Assembly (NCBI RefSeq): GCF_006345805.1
Contig: NC_043002.1
Location: forward strand, 33,914,001 to 33,978,000
Source of the DNA: Octopus sinensis
Taxonomy: Eukaryota
DNA: 64,000 bases
Reading direction: 5' to 3'
A program made the position numbers and the translations under genes. This document shows positions 1 to 13,399 of this stretch, in pieces. The first letter of the stretch is position 1. Each line of letters begins with the position of its first letter. The notes beneath the pieces were generated by a model that ran no database searches, was not told the origin of the DNA, and saw only the letters and a program-made list of their open reading frames with translations.

Positions 1-867
1 CAAGACAGATAGAGACAGGTGACTATGGACGAGGAGCAGTGACCTGAAGATAGAGACAGAAGCACTCATATGCGCAGATCAGATAGAGACAGGTGACTAT
101 GGACGAGGAGCAGTGACCTGAAGATAGAGACAGAAGCACTCATATGCGCAGATCAGGAACAAGCGTTAAGGACCAATTATATGAAGTGCAGAATAGACAC
201 CACTATCGATAGCGACAAATGCAGAATGTGTGGTGAGAGGAGTGAAACAGTATGGCACATCATTAGCGAATACTCGAAATTGGCACAACGCGAAAACAAA
301 CGACGCCATGACAGTATGGCAAGAATGATCCATTGAGAGCTCTGTGGAAATCAAGGCCTACAAAGAACAAAGAAGTGGTATGGGAAAACCCCAGAAGGAG
401 TCACCGAAAATGAGAACTGCAAAATCCTGTGGGATGTAAGGATCCAGTGCGATCACCTGACCAGACATAGGAAACCGGACATTGTTGTGGTAAATAAAAA
501 AGAAATAAAACATGTATGATAATCGATATAGCATGCCTCAGTGACAACAGGATCTATTTGAAAGAAGAAGAAAAATAAACAATCCTGACCATTTAAAGTG
601 GGCAATATGAAGGTTGTGGTCAATGAAGAGAGTAGACGTGATACTAATAGTAATTGGTACACTTGGAAGTATCACCACTCATCTACCAACAATGGCTGAA
701 AAAGATCGGTGCAAATGTGAAGGTAGAACAGCTACAAAAATCAACAGAATTCTTCGCAGGGTTCTTGAAGCATGACCAGTAAACAAGTGTCACCTAAGTC
801 TGCTGGCTGTGAACAACTGACACTTTCCATTGTACCCATCAAAATAAGCTGTGAGTTTTCTTATATT
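1..867 (+). mobile_element. 3' fragment of R4/Dong-like non-LTR retrotransposon (CCHC knuckle and RLE endonuclease region), decayed
   Basis: Manual translation gives ETEALICADQEQALRTNY..KCRMCGERSETVWHIISE..RRHD..WY..PEGVTENENCKILWD..RKPDIVVV, the pattern typical of RLE-clade LINEs. It has stops and frameshifts and ends next to AATAAT. Confidence 0.85.
6..153. repeat. Exact 74-bp tandem duplication inside the LINE
   Basis: CAGATAGAGACAGGTGACTATGG...CATATGCGCAGAT starts at 6 and again at 80. Confidence 0.9.
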
Positions 868-879
868 AATAATGATAGA

Positions 880-1216
880 AGGCGCATGGCTTAGTGGTTA
901 GAGCGTCGGGCTTACGATCGTGAGGTTGTGAGCTCGAATCCCGGAAAGGGCTGCGTGTTGTGTTCTTGAGCAAAGCACTTTATTTCACGTTGCTCCAGTT
1001 CACTCAGCTGTAGAAATGAGTTGCGACGTCACTGGTGCCAAGCTGTATCGACCTTTGTCTTTCCCTTGGATAACACTGGTGGCGTGGAGAGGGGAGGCTG
1101 GTATGCATGGGTGACTGCTGGTCTTCCATAAACAACCTTGCCCGGACTTGTGTCTAGGAGGGTAACTTTCTAGGTGCAATCCCATGGTCATTCATGACCG
1201 AAGGGGGTCTTTACCC
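880..1216 (+). mobile_element. tRNA-derived SINE (family C)
   Basis: A box GGCTTAGTGGTTAGAGCG, B box GCTCGAATCCC, central TTGAGCAAAGCACTTT...CTCAGCTG motif, followed by (AAT)n. Confidence 0.8.
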
Positions 1217-1260
<44 letters not shown>

Positions 1261-1271
1261 TAACAACAATA

Positions 1272-1466
1272 ATCTTTTCCACTCTAGGCAAAAGGCCAGA
1301 AATTCTTGGGGAGGGAGACAGTCGATTAGATCGATCCCAGTACGCAACTGAAATGCTGAAAGGCAAAGTCGACCTCGGCAGAATTTGAACTCAGAACGTA
1401 GCGACGAGCGAAATGCCGCGAAGCATTTCGTCCAGCGTGCTAACGATACTGCCAGCTCGCCGCCTT
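1272..1466 (-). mobile_element. SINE family B, partial
   Basis: Reverse complement of GGCGGCGAGCTGGCAG..GTTCTGAGTTCAAATTCTGCCGAGGTCGACTTTGCCTTTC, the same family as 22457, 54755 and 56185. Confidence 0.8.
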
Positions 1467-1478
1467 AATAATGATAAC

Positions 1479-1512
<34 letters not shown>

Positions 1513-1536
1513 ATAATAATAATAATAATAATAATA

Positions 1537-1568
<32 letters not shown>

Positions 1569-1605
1569 GATTATGTAACCAGATGAATTTGGTATTAGTC
1601 TATTT

Positions 1606-1698
1606 TGTACGACGATCGTTTCGACCAATCCTGCTACTGTCCCTTATGGGCGGATGTTGTGTTGCATCCATGTTGCAGTCTGGGTCACATCAGGTACA
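1606..1698 (-). ncRNA. Type I hammerhead-like motif with long stem II (A9U)
   Basis: Minus strand: ugUAC CUGAUGU GACC [~55 nt] GGUC GAA ACGAUCGU C GUACa. Stem I is 5 bp, stem II closes with 4 bp, stem III is palindromic and the triplet is GUC. Confidence 0.75.
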
Positions 1699-1789
1699 TC
1701 CATATATAAAGTGGTGTCTCGCTAAAGATCTTGAGTTTGGGCGGTCATGTTGTTATTTGCCTGTCGAGTTAGGAAATGAAGCATTGCTA

Positions 1790-3290
<1,501 letters not shown>

Positions 3291-3299
3291 TCGCATACC

Positions 3300-4716
3300 C
3301 AAGTTGTCATCCGGTTCTTCCTAGGTAGAGGTTCCTAAGTTCTTCATGAAGTTGTCAGTCAGTGGGGTGGTGCGGGGCGGTGAATTCGAATGGTCGGGGT
3401 TATGTGTCGTTTGTGTTTGGTTTGTATTGATTAGGTGTGGCATCCATTGTACTGTATGAAGATGTGCTTAACTGTATGCAGTCTTCAGCAAATCTATTTA
3501 TAAACCTCTCTTTCGTCAACAATATAGACAGTGATTCTTTGTAACATAGTTGGCATTTCTGGAAAAGTGTGTTATAGAGACGGCGTGCCTAATTACTGGC
3601 CAGGTCAGGTCGTATTTTACTTTCTTTTCTTTGAGTCGCCAGTGATGTTGCGTGCCGTTTATGGATTTTTCGAAAACTGGCGTTGTGGCTTCGATATCTA
3701 TTATTGAAAATATTGGCCGATGCACCGATATATACATTCGGGCCTCTAGTATTTACGGTGCACTTGTACACCACATTGCGGCTCTTGCATTGGTTACCCA
3801 GAGGACATTTCGCTCGGTCTCTGCATGAGCATAAGTTGCCACTTTTTTTTGTTTGCGTGTGTATGGCCAGTACCCGTCCAGTCAGTGCTATTTTCATTTG
3901 TGCTCGTAGTTATCCTGTCCTTATTTTTATTATTTCTGGGTGTATTTGTGTTGTTATTTGAGTTGTCGTGGATATCATGTGTTGGCTGGTTGCTAAAGTT
4001 GTTGTTGAAGTTACCGTATTTTGGTTGGTTAGTGTTATTGTTCGAGTTATTGTGACTGTGATGCGTTATGTGGTTAGTATTTTCATTGTCTCTAAGCTTA
4101 TTATATGAGTCTCCGTCAATTTTAGTGGCCCTATTTTCGAAGTTGCTTGCACGCTGTCTCAGTTTTCGATAGTTGATCATATGAATGTGGTATTCCATGT
4201 TTGACGAATTTGCACACGACACTTTTACAGTGTGCCGGTTGCTCAGCTGGTTGTAGATACTGTCTTTAGGGAAGCAACGATCGAGTGCGGCGAAGAATTG
4301 TTTCCCGATCTTGGACGAGACGTTTGAGCCCCATATTGCGATGCACCAGAGGACATTATGTTTTTTTGTATTCCCTATAGGTTTATTTGTTCGGGCGTTT
4401 GGAGTGGTGTTGCGATTTTGTGATATTCTGTGTTTAACGATGCTGATGAGTTATCCGTTACTATTTTGCTCTATCCCATCATTGGTTCTCAAGTACCTAC
4501 TTCTGATTATCCTATTCTTATGTTTTGGTTTGTTTTTACCCAGGTTTTGAACGTTGTACGCGTAGTTTGTTTCGTGTTTGGTGGGGTTATTCCCAGAGCT
4601 GTCTGGGTTACTACTATAATTATTATTACCACTGCTCGGGGAGCAGTAGTAATAGCGAAAATAGGGCCGCAAAAATTGACGGAGACTCATATAATACGCC
4701 TAGAGACAATGAATAA
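3300..4716 (-). mobile_element. Penelope-like element remnant with GIY-YIG endonuclease
   Basis: ORF 3589-3897 reads CPLGNQCKSRNVVYKCTV...VYIGASANIFNNRYRSHNASF. Upstream reads KIGKQFFAALDRCFPK..NRHTVKVSC and downstream LCYKESLSIL. All match PLE C-terminal motifs. Confidence 0.85.
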
Positions 4717-4849
4717 TAATAATTATTATTACTATTACCCGTGTATTTGAGGGGCTCCAAAATGCAAAATATTTACTTCACTATATTTAGAACAATTTTC
4801 TTTCTGTTATAGCTTCACCTATTAAAGAAGAAATAACGCAAAAAGTGTC

Positions 4850-5830
4850 TAAGTCTGACTCTTTGTAGTATTAAAGGATGACACAAAGGATATTTCGAAA
4901 AATGAAGAATTTGTCAGATATCAAATCAGCTTCAGCGTTTGACGTTGCATCATTTCTGAAGTTCATATGCTTAGTGTTAGACTCTGTTGGTATTGATACC
5001 TAGTTAAATGTCACTATGAGGATATCTCGGACTATGGTAATGTTATGAATGTATGAACGGAAAACTCACTGGTGTTCAAAGCTGTGCGCCGTTGTTCTAT
5101 TTGGAGTCTATGTTCACTGACACACCCACTGGCTCAACCTGATGGTATCTAACAGAGTAAAAAATAGAGAGGATGCTGGAAAATGTTTCGCCTTATTACA
5201 ACAAGACTATGTTCGGTCCACTGTGCAATAGTGGTCAAGCAGTTACAGGAAAAGAAAAAAAGGTAGACAATCGATAGATATAAAAAGCTTGTTCGATATA
5301 TGTTGGATCGATCCAGCGTACATCATGTTATGTTGCGCATTGTTCGAATTCATTTAGTTTGAACAGTCTATTGTATTTCATTGAAGGTGATAAATTATTG
5401 GAGAACAAAGTGATGGTAAGTCGCTTTTATCGCCTAAGTCCTCGTCCTCTTTGAACAATTCTACTACGGAACGAGCCTTTGATAAATATGCTGAATCTTC
5501 ACTGGTTGTGATTGTAGCAAACGAATTGATATCAATTGCATTAAGGATCTTGCTGCTAAATGAAACAACGAAGGTTTGTGACATAGCTATAGGCCACAGA
5601 CCACAAAACTTATTAGAGACAACCAACTTATTTGTGAGAAGCTAAAATGGCAAAGACAAACTGGTACGACATTTCGAGGACTTACAAGTTGGATACCGGC
5701 CGACATGGAATAAAAGTCTTTTCGTGGATTTCATGGTGAAAACTTCTTGTTTTGGATGGGATTTATTGAGAGTTCTGATTATGATTTTCGAGAGAAAACT
5801 CTAGTATTATGAAAAGGTTTTCCCATTTCA
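4850..5830 (+). pseudogene. Decayed hAT transposase (ZMYM1/THAP12-like type)
   Basis: Manual translation across frameshifts gives FVVLKDDTKDIS..FVRY (DET.D.S), MNGKLTGVQ, VYVH*HTHWLNL (YVHC.AH.LNL) and IKSLFDICW (LK.L..TRW). Confidence 0.7.
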
Positions 5831-6153
5831 GTCTCCTAATTGACAAATTCTTCAACATTGATCTACTCATATTCATGGCAGAGACATATCAGCTGAAGAT
5901 GATCGACCCGAGGATAGAGTGTCACGGTGCGAAACATTTCATCAAAAGGAAATTAAGCATTTTAGATTCACAAACTGAATTGCTTGAGATTTTGCTTTCA
6001 TACAGGAATACCTTCTTTGAATTGTTGAAACTTCTACAATATACTCTGAAGCTATCTGTAATTGAGGGCGGAATCACATGGCAGACTACAGAATGGCTAA
6101 TTTTAAGCAGAGCTGCTATGAGCAAACGATGTGCCGAAGACTTAAATATTTGT

Positions 6154-6322
6154 AGGCGCAGGCGTGGCTGTGTGGTAAGAAGCTTGCTTCCCAACCCAAA
6201 TAGTTCGGGGTTCGGTCCCACTGCGTGGCACCTTGGGCAAGTGTCTTCTACTATAGCCTCGGGTCGACCAAAGCCTTGTGAGTGGATTTGGTAGACGGAA
6301 ACTGAAAGAAACCTGTCGTGTA

Positions 6323-6355
<33 letters not shown>

Positions 6356-6393
6356 TATACGTATATATGTATATATATATGTATGTATGCATG

Positions 6394-6431
<38 letters not shown>

Positions 6432-6622
6432 GTTTTTATCTCTGTGCTTGTCCCCGTCACAACTTGACAACCGTAACTTAGTGGTTCGGCAAATGAGACC
6501 GATAGAATAAGAACTAGGCTTAAAGAATAAGTCCTAGGGTCAATTTGTTCGATTTAAATCCTTGAAGGTGGTGTTCCAGCATGGCCGCAGTCAAATGAGT
6601 GAGACGAATAAAAAATAAAAGA
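6154..6622 (+). mobile_element. SINE family A, full length
   Basis: AGGCGCAGG.GTGGCTGTGTGGTAAG head, GGTTCGGTCCCAC B box, internal (TA)n(TG)n tract, tail GCATGGCCGCAGTCAAATGA..AAATAAAAGA. Confidence 0.9.
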
Positions 6623-7504
6623 CATCGTACGACGATGATGATGATGATGATGGTGATGATAATGATGATGCTGAAGATGATGATGATGATGAAGGTGATG
6701 AGAAGTAGGAGGAGGACAATTAAGATGAGGGCGATGATGATGTGATTATGATACTGATTATGATACATACATACATACATACATACATACATACATAGTA
6801 AACAAAAGTCACGGCAAAAATCCACACTGTCGTGCAGTTAGTGTAATAGGACACTGACAGCATTTATGTCTTATTCATTTTATTTATCATAACATTACAA
6901 TTGCACAGCGAAATAACTTTAAATTTGTTTCATTGCGTATGACAACACATGTTACTTATATTAAAACTTTGCCTCGTCATCATAGTTCCCTGATGCCCGG
7001 GCTGTTGCAAAATTTCGGGCTCCGTCACTGCATCAAGTTATATGCTGACTTTAATGTTGAACGTTAATGTTACTAACGGATTAGTTTCACATTTTACGCA
7101 TACTACTGCCTATATAGTATGGAAGAGATAGCAAAAACGATAAACTCACCCGGTGTGAGCCGCTCTCACTGGACCCAACTTTATGATGTCAGTGTAGATG
7201 CACACCTTTGGCAAATATGCACAAATGCACAGACGCGAACATATAAATACATATGAAACTAGGTACACGTGTGCATGTGTGCACATACATGCAGATATAT
7301 ACATCCACGTAACCACAGGCTCATACGTAAGTCAATAAAATTGCTTGTCTCAGATTTGTTTTAATGCAACCGTATAGACACAGATACATCCATCCATCTA
7401 TCCATCCATCCATCCATCCATCTATCCATCCATCCATCCATCCATCCATCCATCATCCATACATACATACATACATACATACATACATACATACATACAT
7501 ACAT

Positions 7505-9429
7505 GCTAAGGAAGTCTGAAGGATACCTCACTGGTTCACAAGAAAACAGAAATGCCAAAATTAACCACTGTTTATTCGTGGATGACTTGAAACTTTATGC
7601 AAAGAATATGCACGAGATGAAAAAGAGCCTTGGCCTGGTTTCAACATTCTCAAAGGATGTAGGATTGGAGTTTGGTCAGGATAAATTTTCTTATATGGTT
7701 GTAAAAAGGAAGAAACTGTAAACCAGTCCAGCAACATCTCCATCTTTGATTTGACTGTTTCTTCTATATCCGGTGTGGAATGTTACAGGTATCCAGGGGA
7801 GGATGAAAAGATATCTTCCAATGACACCTGTAACAAAACCCGTGTCACTAAAAAATATTTCAGCCGAATAAAGAAATTTTGGACCTCAAAACTCTCTGCA
7901 TTCAATAAAGCAGTGGCCCACTATGTGCTTGCCGTGCCAGTACTCATACCAACATTTGGCCTGCTTGATTGGGCGCTTGATGAGATCCGAGCCACTGATG
8001 TGAAAGATACTAATTATCCTTCCGACAGATTTCATTATATAGTGTCCTAGCTACAACATCATGTCTCATCGGTAGATAATACCGTGATGAAATTTTCGGA
8101 TAACTGCTTATGATGTGGGTGATATTTTCGGTGTTAACTCCACAAGCACACGTAATTTCCAAATAAATAGTGACGTAGACCGCCTCTACCTAAAACAAAA
8201 ACAAGGCGGCAGAAGATTAACATCGATCCAAAATGTCTTTGAATGTCGTATCATATCCCTTCGGCAACATCTTTTGACCACCAAGTGACGAAGTGTATCC
8301 CTTGACCAAGTTTGCATGCATGAGGCTGATAACATCATAAGGCTTGGAAAGCAGCTCCTTGAGAAGCATTCCTTTTCTGATAACCTTAAATACATGCCCA
8401 AAGAAGTCGCACGACTCTACCGCAACGTATCATCGGATGAAAGGATGAGCATATATGAGTAGAAAACCATGCATGGATATGTTAGTAGAAAGCTCCGAGA
8501 TGATAGTAACATTGATCATCAAAGCAGTCTGTCATGGACCAATAACCGGACTACTATCTCCCACTTTAAAGGGTATGCGTTTGTAATCCAGGAACAGGAA
8601 ATATCAAATAAATACCTGATGCACAAAAGGGACAGAGATGCAAGAAAAGCAGTAAAATGTGACAACCGATGAAGACTTTGTGGAGTTGACACCAAAGATA
8701 TCACCCCCACGTCATAAGCAGTTGTCCAAAAATATCACTGTATTATCTACCGATGAGACATGATGTTGTAGCTAGGACACTATATAATAAAATTTGTCGG
8801 AAGGATAATCCCGAGGACAGAAAAAATAAGAACCCACAGTAAGGCAGAAGCCATAGCCACTCATAATAAAAATGAGTTCTGGTGGAATGACCCAGTGAAA
8901 ACCTCAATAAAATGTAAGCACATGCAAGCACCTGATATAATGATTTGGAATAGAGAAGACAGGCTGTGTACGCTTGTGGAAATCAGCTGCCCAGCAGATG
9001 TTAACATAAAACTAAAGATCAGTGAAAAAGAGAATACCTACGATGAACTATTGAGAAATCTACAGTTACTCTATCCAGATTACAAGTTCAGGTTTATACC
9101 TGTAATTATTGGGGCACTGGGATATGTAACACACTGCCTAAATACCAATCTTGAGAAATTAGGCTTCTCAAAACCAGAAAAGAGTAAGATGATTACAGAT
9201 CCAATCCATCACTGGAACTGTAAAAATCTATTTATCATTTTAAGTATATATGAACATGTCTAGATATTAAAGATATGCACGAGAAGACATACATAAAACA
9301 AAACATAAAACTCATACATACGAAATTACCCTATTGATGCTAAAATTACAATGAAGGAGCCGTGGATCAAGGATAGAAACCGGCTCTTTCTCTATTGGTA
9401 AGAAATCTTGAAATAAAACTGAATAGTGA
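7505..9429 (+). mobile_element. 5'-truncated R4/Dong-like RLE LINE (family 2) flanked by (CATA)n
   Basis: RT motif [24 protein letters not shown] region and RLE motif PDIMIWNREDRLCTLVEISCPADVNI..KENTY. (CATA)n lies on both sides. Confidence 0.85.
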
Positions 9430-9788
9430 CATACATACATACGTACATACATACATACATACATACATGCTTGCATGCATGCATACTTGCATACATGCAT
9501 AGAAACATGTATACATATACGTACGTTTGTACATCTATACGTGCTAATATATATATACATATATATATATATATGCATGCATAAGCACACACACACATAT
9601 ACACATGTATGTGTGTCTGTGTATGCGGGCGTGCATGCATGTATGTATACATATATGTATATTATATATATATATTTATATATATATATGTACGTATGTA
9701 TAAAAGTATATATATGTATGTATGATATATATATATATGTATGTATTATATATATATTATATATATGTGTGTGTGTGTGTGTGTGTAC

Positions 9789-9858
<70 letters not shown>

Positions 9859-9908
9859 AAGCTGAAGTTATGTGTGTGTGTGTGGTGTGTGTGTGTGTGT
9901 GTGTGTAC

Positions 9909-9957
<49 letters not shown>

Positions 9958-9980
9958 ATATATTTATATAAAGCTGAAGT

Positions 9981-10023
<43 letters not shown>

Positions 10024-10510
10024 CAGGTTTGGTAGCCTTCAACTAACATGCAAGTTGATCAAAATTGAGAGTATGATAGAAGGCTCGCACTTCATTCCGT
10101 AGAAGAAAAAATTCAAATCGGTCCATGTTAACACTAAAAATTATTCACATCAAAAAGGTGCTTTTTTTCTATGAAAATCCCTATTTTTTATGATTTTTTT
10201 GACTGCTGTGTCGCCATTTTTCGGTGCGTTTCAAGCAGAAAAATGTTCTGTTAAAGAGAATAACAAGCTACATAATGCAAAATTTTAACTTTTCAAAAAT
10301 TCCAATTCTAAAGGGTCGAAAGGAATTTTTTTGTGATGTCATTGGTTTTGAGCGAACGACGGATCAGCTGATCCAATGCAGAGGAGTAATGTTCGCAGCG
10401 TGAATGACTAATTTTCAAGGTCATCACTGCTACAGCGTTGAATACAAATCAGCAATTTCAATCGATTTTTTATGAGGAAAACTAATTGCATTATATATAT
10501 ATACATATAT

Positions 10511-10785
10511 AGGTCCAGGAATGACTGTGGCAAGAAGCTTGCTTCCCAACCACATATGTATGTATGTATTTGTGTGTCTGTGTTTGTCCTTCCACCATCA
10601 CTTGACAACCGATGTTAGTGTGTTTGCGTCTCCGTAACTTAACCGTTTGGCAAAAGAGATCGAGAGAATAAGTACTAGGCTTACAAAGAATAAGCTTTGG
10701 GGTCGATTCGTTCGATTAAAGGCGGTACTCCATCATGGCCACAGTCAAATGAGTGAAACAAGTAACAGAATAAAAGAATATATGG
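10511..10785 (+). mobile_element. SINE family A with internal deletion
   Basis: The head CAGGAATGACTGTGGCAAGAAGCTTGC is joined directly to the TG tract and the 3' half. Confidence 0.8.
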
Positions 10786-10900
10786 GCTCTGTGGAATTTA
10801 TAGGACAATATTATTATATTGTTCCATAAATTCTACACAGCCCTGGTTTTTTGTGCCATTTTATTTCACCCCCCTCCATATATATATATATATGTATGTA

Positions 10901-10939
<39 letters not shown>

Positions 10940-10942
10940 TAT

Positions 10943-11012
<70 letters not shown>

Positions 11013-11054
11013 TATATATATAATATATATAATATATATATATATATATATACA

Positions 11055-12287
11055 TACACAAGGGGGTACCGAAAAGTAACCGGAAACGTTCTCTGTGGGA
11101 CAAGTCCGTTGTAGTTCAGGTTTCCGCCGCTAGAAGCCACTTGATGCAACCCTTAGGCACCAGTTTTCCGGCCTGCATCATCATGTGAAGTTGTATTGCC
11201 ACGTGGTGCGTCTTTGTTTTGCAGCGCTTTTTTCTTGTTCGTCGATTTTTGCGATAACTGAATCGAAGAAACATCGTGCTTCCGTGGAATTGTTTTCTGC
11301 CGGGGAAAACGGCGGCCGAAACAGCTTACGAGGACGCTGCCATGAGCAAAGCACAAGTTTACGATTGGTTTAGGAATGGTTAATTGTCTCTTGAAGACTA
11401 ACCTCGTTCAAGGTGACCGTCAATCTCTCGGATGAACGAAAATATCACAAAAATTCTTCGAGGACCGCTGTCTAAAAATTGAGGAACTTGTTGATATGAT
11501 TGCTCCTGCCAACAAATTTTGAGCGAGGAATTGCGAATGAAAAGAGTTCCATCTAAATTTGTGCCTCGCTTGTTCACGGAAGATCGAAAGCAATGACGAT
11601 TGAATGCGTATCGTGGACCGAAAGAACAGCTGGAAGTTGATCCGGACCTTTTTCAAAGGTCATCAGTAGTGAAGAAAGCTGGTGCTACAGCTACGACCCG
11701 GAAACGAAGCAGCAATCAAGTCAATGGAAGCATTCGATGTCACCATGCACCAAAAAGTGCGTCAAGTGAAGTCCAATGTCAAGATGATGTTGATTTGTTT
11801 CATCGATGCGAAAGGATTTCTTCACACACAGTTTGTTTGTCCAGGTCAAATTATCAAACAGACATTTTACTTCAAAGGTCTGAAGCATTTGCGAGACGCG
11901 GTTAGACGGAAACACCTCAATTTGTGGCAAAGTGGAGACTGGTGGTTTCAGAACGACAATGCGCCTTTGACCAAAAATGACATGACCCCGCTTACCCATC
12001 CTCCCTATTCATCTGATCTTGTTGTCTGCGACATTTTTTTGTTACTCCGATTGAAAAACGTCCTTAAGGGAAGATGTTGAAGAGGTGAAGGAAAAAAACG
12101 ATGGAGGCGCCAAAACGCGTCACTTCGCAAGAATTCTAGCACTGCTTCGAACAGTGGAAAACGAGTCTTGGCCGATGCGTTGCTTCAAATGGAGAATACT
12201 TTGAAGGCGGCAAAAGTGTAAACATGTAAACCTAAGTGAATAAAATAATATTGGAAAGTTCCGGTTTCTTTTGGGTACTCCCGCGTA
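11055..12287 (+). mobile_element. Mariner (Tc1/mariner) element, near full length, decayed
   Basis: Imperfect TIRs CACAAGGGGGTACCGAAAAGTAACCGGAA / TTCCGGTTTCTTTTGGGTACTCCCGCG flanked by TA. ORF pieces KFVPRL, MLICFIDAKG and NDNAP..HPPYSSDLVVCDIFL. Confidence 0.9.
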
Positions 12288-12522
12288 TTTGTTGGGTATT
12301 TTCAGGGGAATAGTCGCATTCCAGACGAATACCGAAATTTATCAAATGCAGATAATAATGGTTTCACGACGGTAAAACCGTTGTGTGGGTGTAGCGAAAA
12401 GCAAACATTACGTAAATTTTCACTTCGAATATTGCGTAAACTGGCGTTGCAAGCAGAGTTGGTACAGAAACAATTGTAACGAATCATTAAACATGTGTTA
12501 CAGGATTTCTTTGTCATACTTA

Positions 12523-12553
<31 letters not shown>

Positions 12554-13232
12554 CATACATACATACATACATACATACATACGCACACATACACACACGC
12601 ACACACACACATTCATATGGTAAAGTTTTTGGCAGTGACTTCGAAGTCTCACTAGTCATTGAATATAGAGATCCACTGCTTATAACACTGTTCTCCATCT
12701 CCTCTCTAAATATTACTTTAAGAATTCCTTTCTATCATTTTCTATTACACATTTCTCTCTCTCTCTCTTTCCCTCCCACTTTCCCTCTCTATCTCTCCCT
12801 CTCTTTGTTTCTCAACTTCTTTCTTCTTCCCAACTAACTTTCTCTTTCTCATCTCATCACCTTCTCACTTAACAAGCTCTGTCTCTTAGTATCTGAACCT
12901 TCCTTCATTCTATCTCTCACTTTAACTTTCTCCGCCCCTCCCTATAACTATCTATCCTCCACCCACATCCTTCTTGGTTACTAATCCGCCCAAAGCTTTC
13001 ATAAATTCATCCAGACACGCACACGTACGTGCCCTCCCCACATTTACTCCGTCCTCCACCACTGTACACACATGCATACAGACGCACAGACAGACAGACA
13101 GACACACACACACGCGCATATATGTATATATATATATATATATAGATATATATATATACATATATATATATGTATATATATATATACATACATATATATA
13201 ATATATGTATGTTACATACATACATACATACA

Positions 13233-13357
<125 letters not shown>

Positions 13358-13399
13358 TTATAATAAGTGTAGGTCGTATACGAGTGGGTATATATTTAT

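Noticed and set aside
880-955. SINE heads as tRNA genes
   Set aside because: A and B boxes are present, but they continue into SINE bodies and tails and lack a cloverleaf 3' end.
9350-9392. GAGCC...GAAACCGGCTC hairpin (also 29715 and 37915) as a ribozyme
   Set aside because: It consistently lacks the core order and the NUH site. It is better explained as the 3' UTR stem-loop of LINE family 2.
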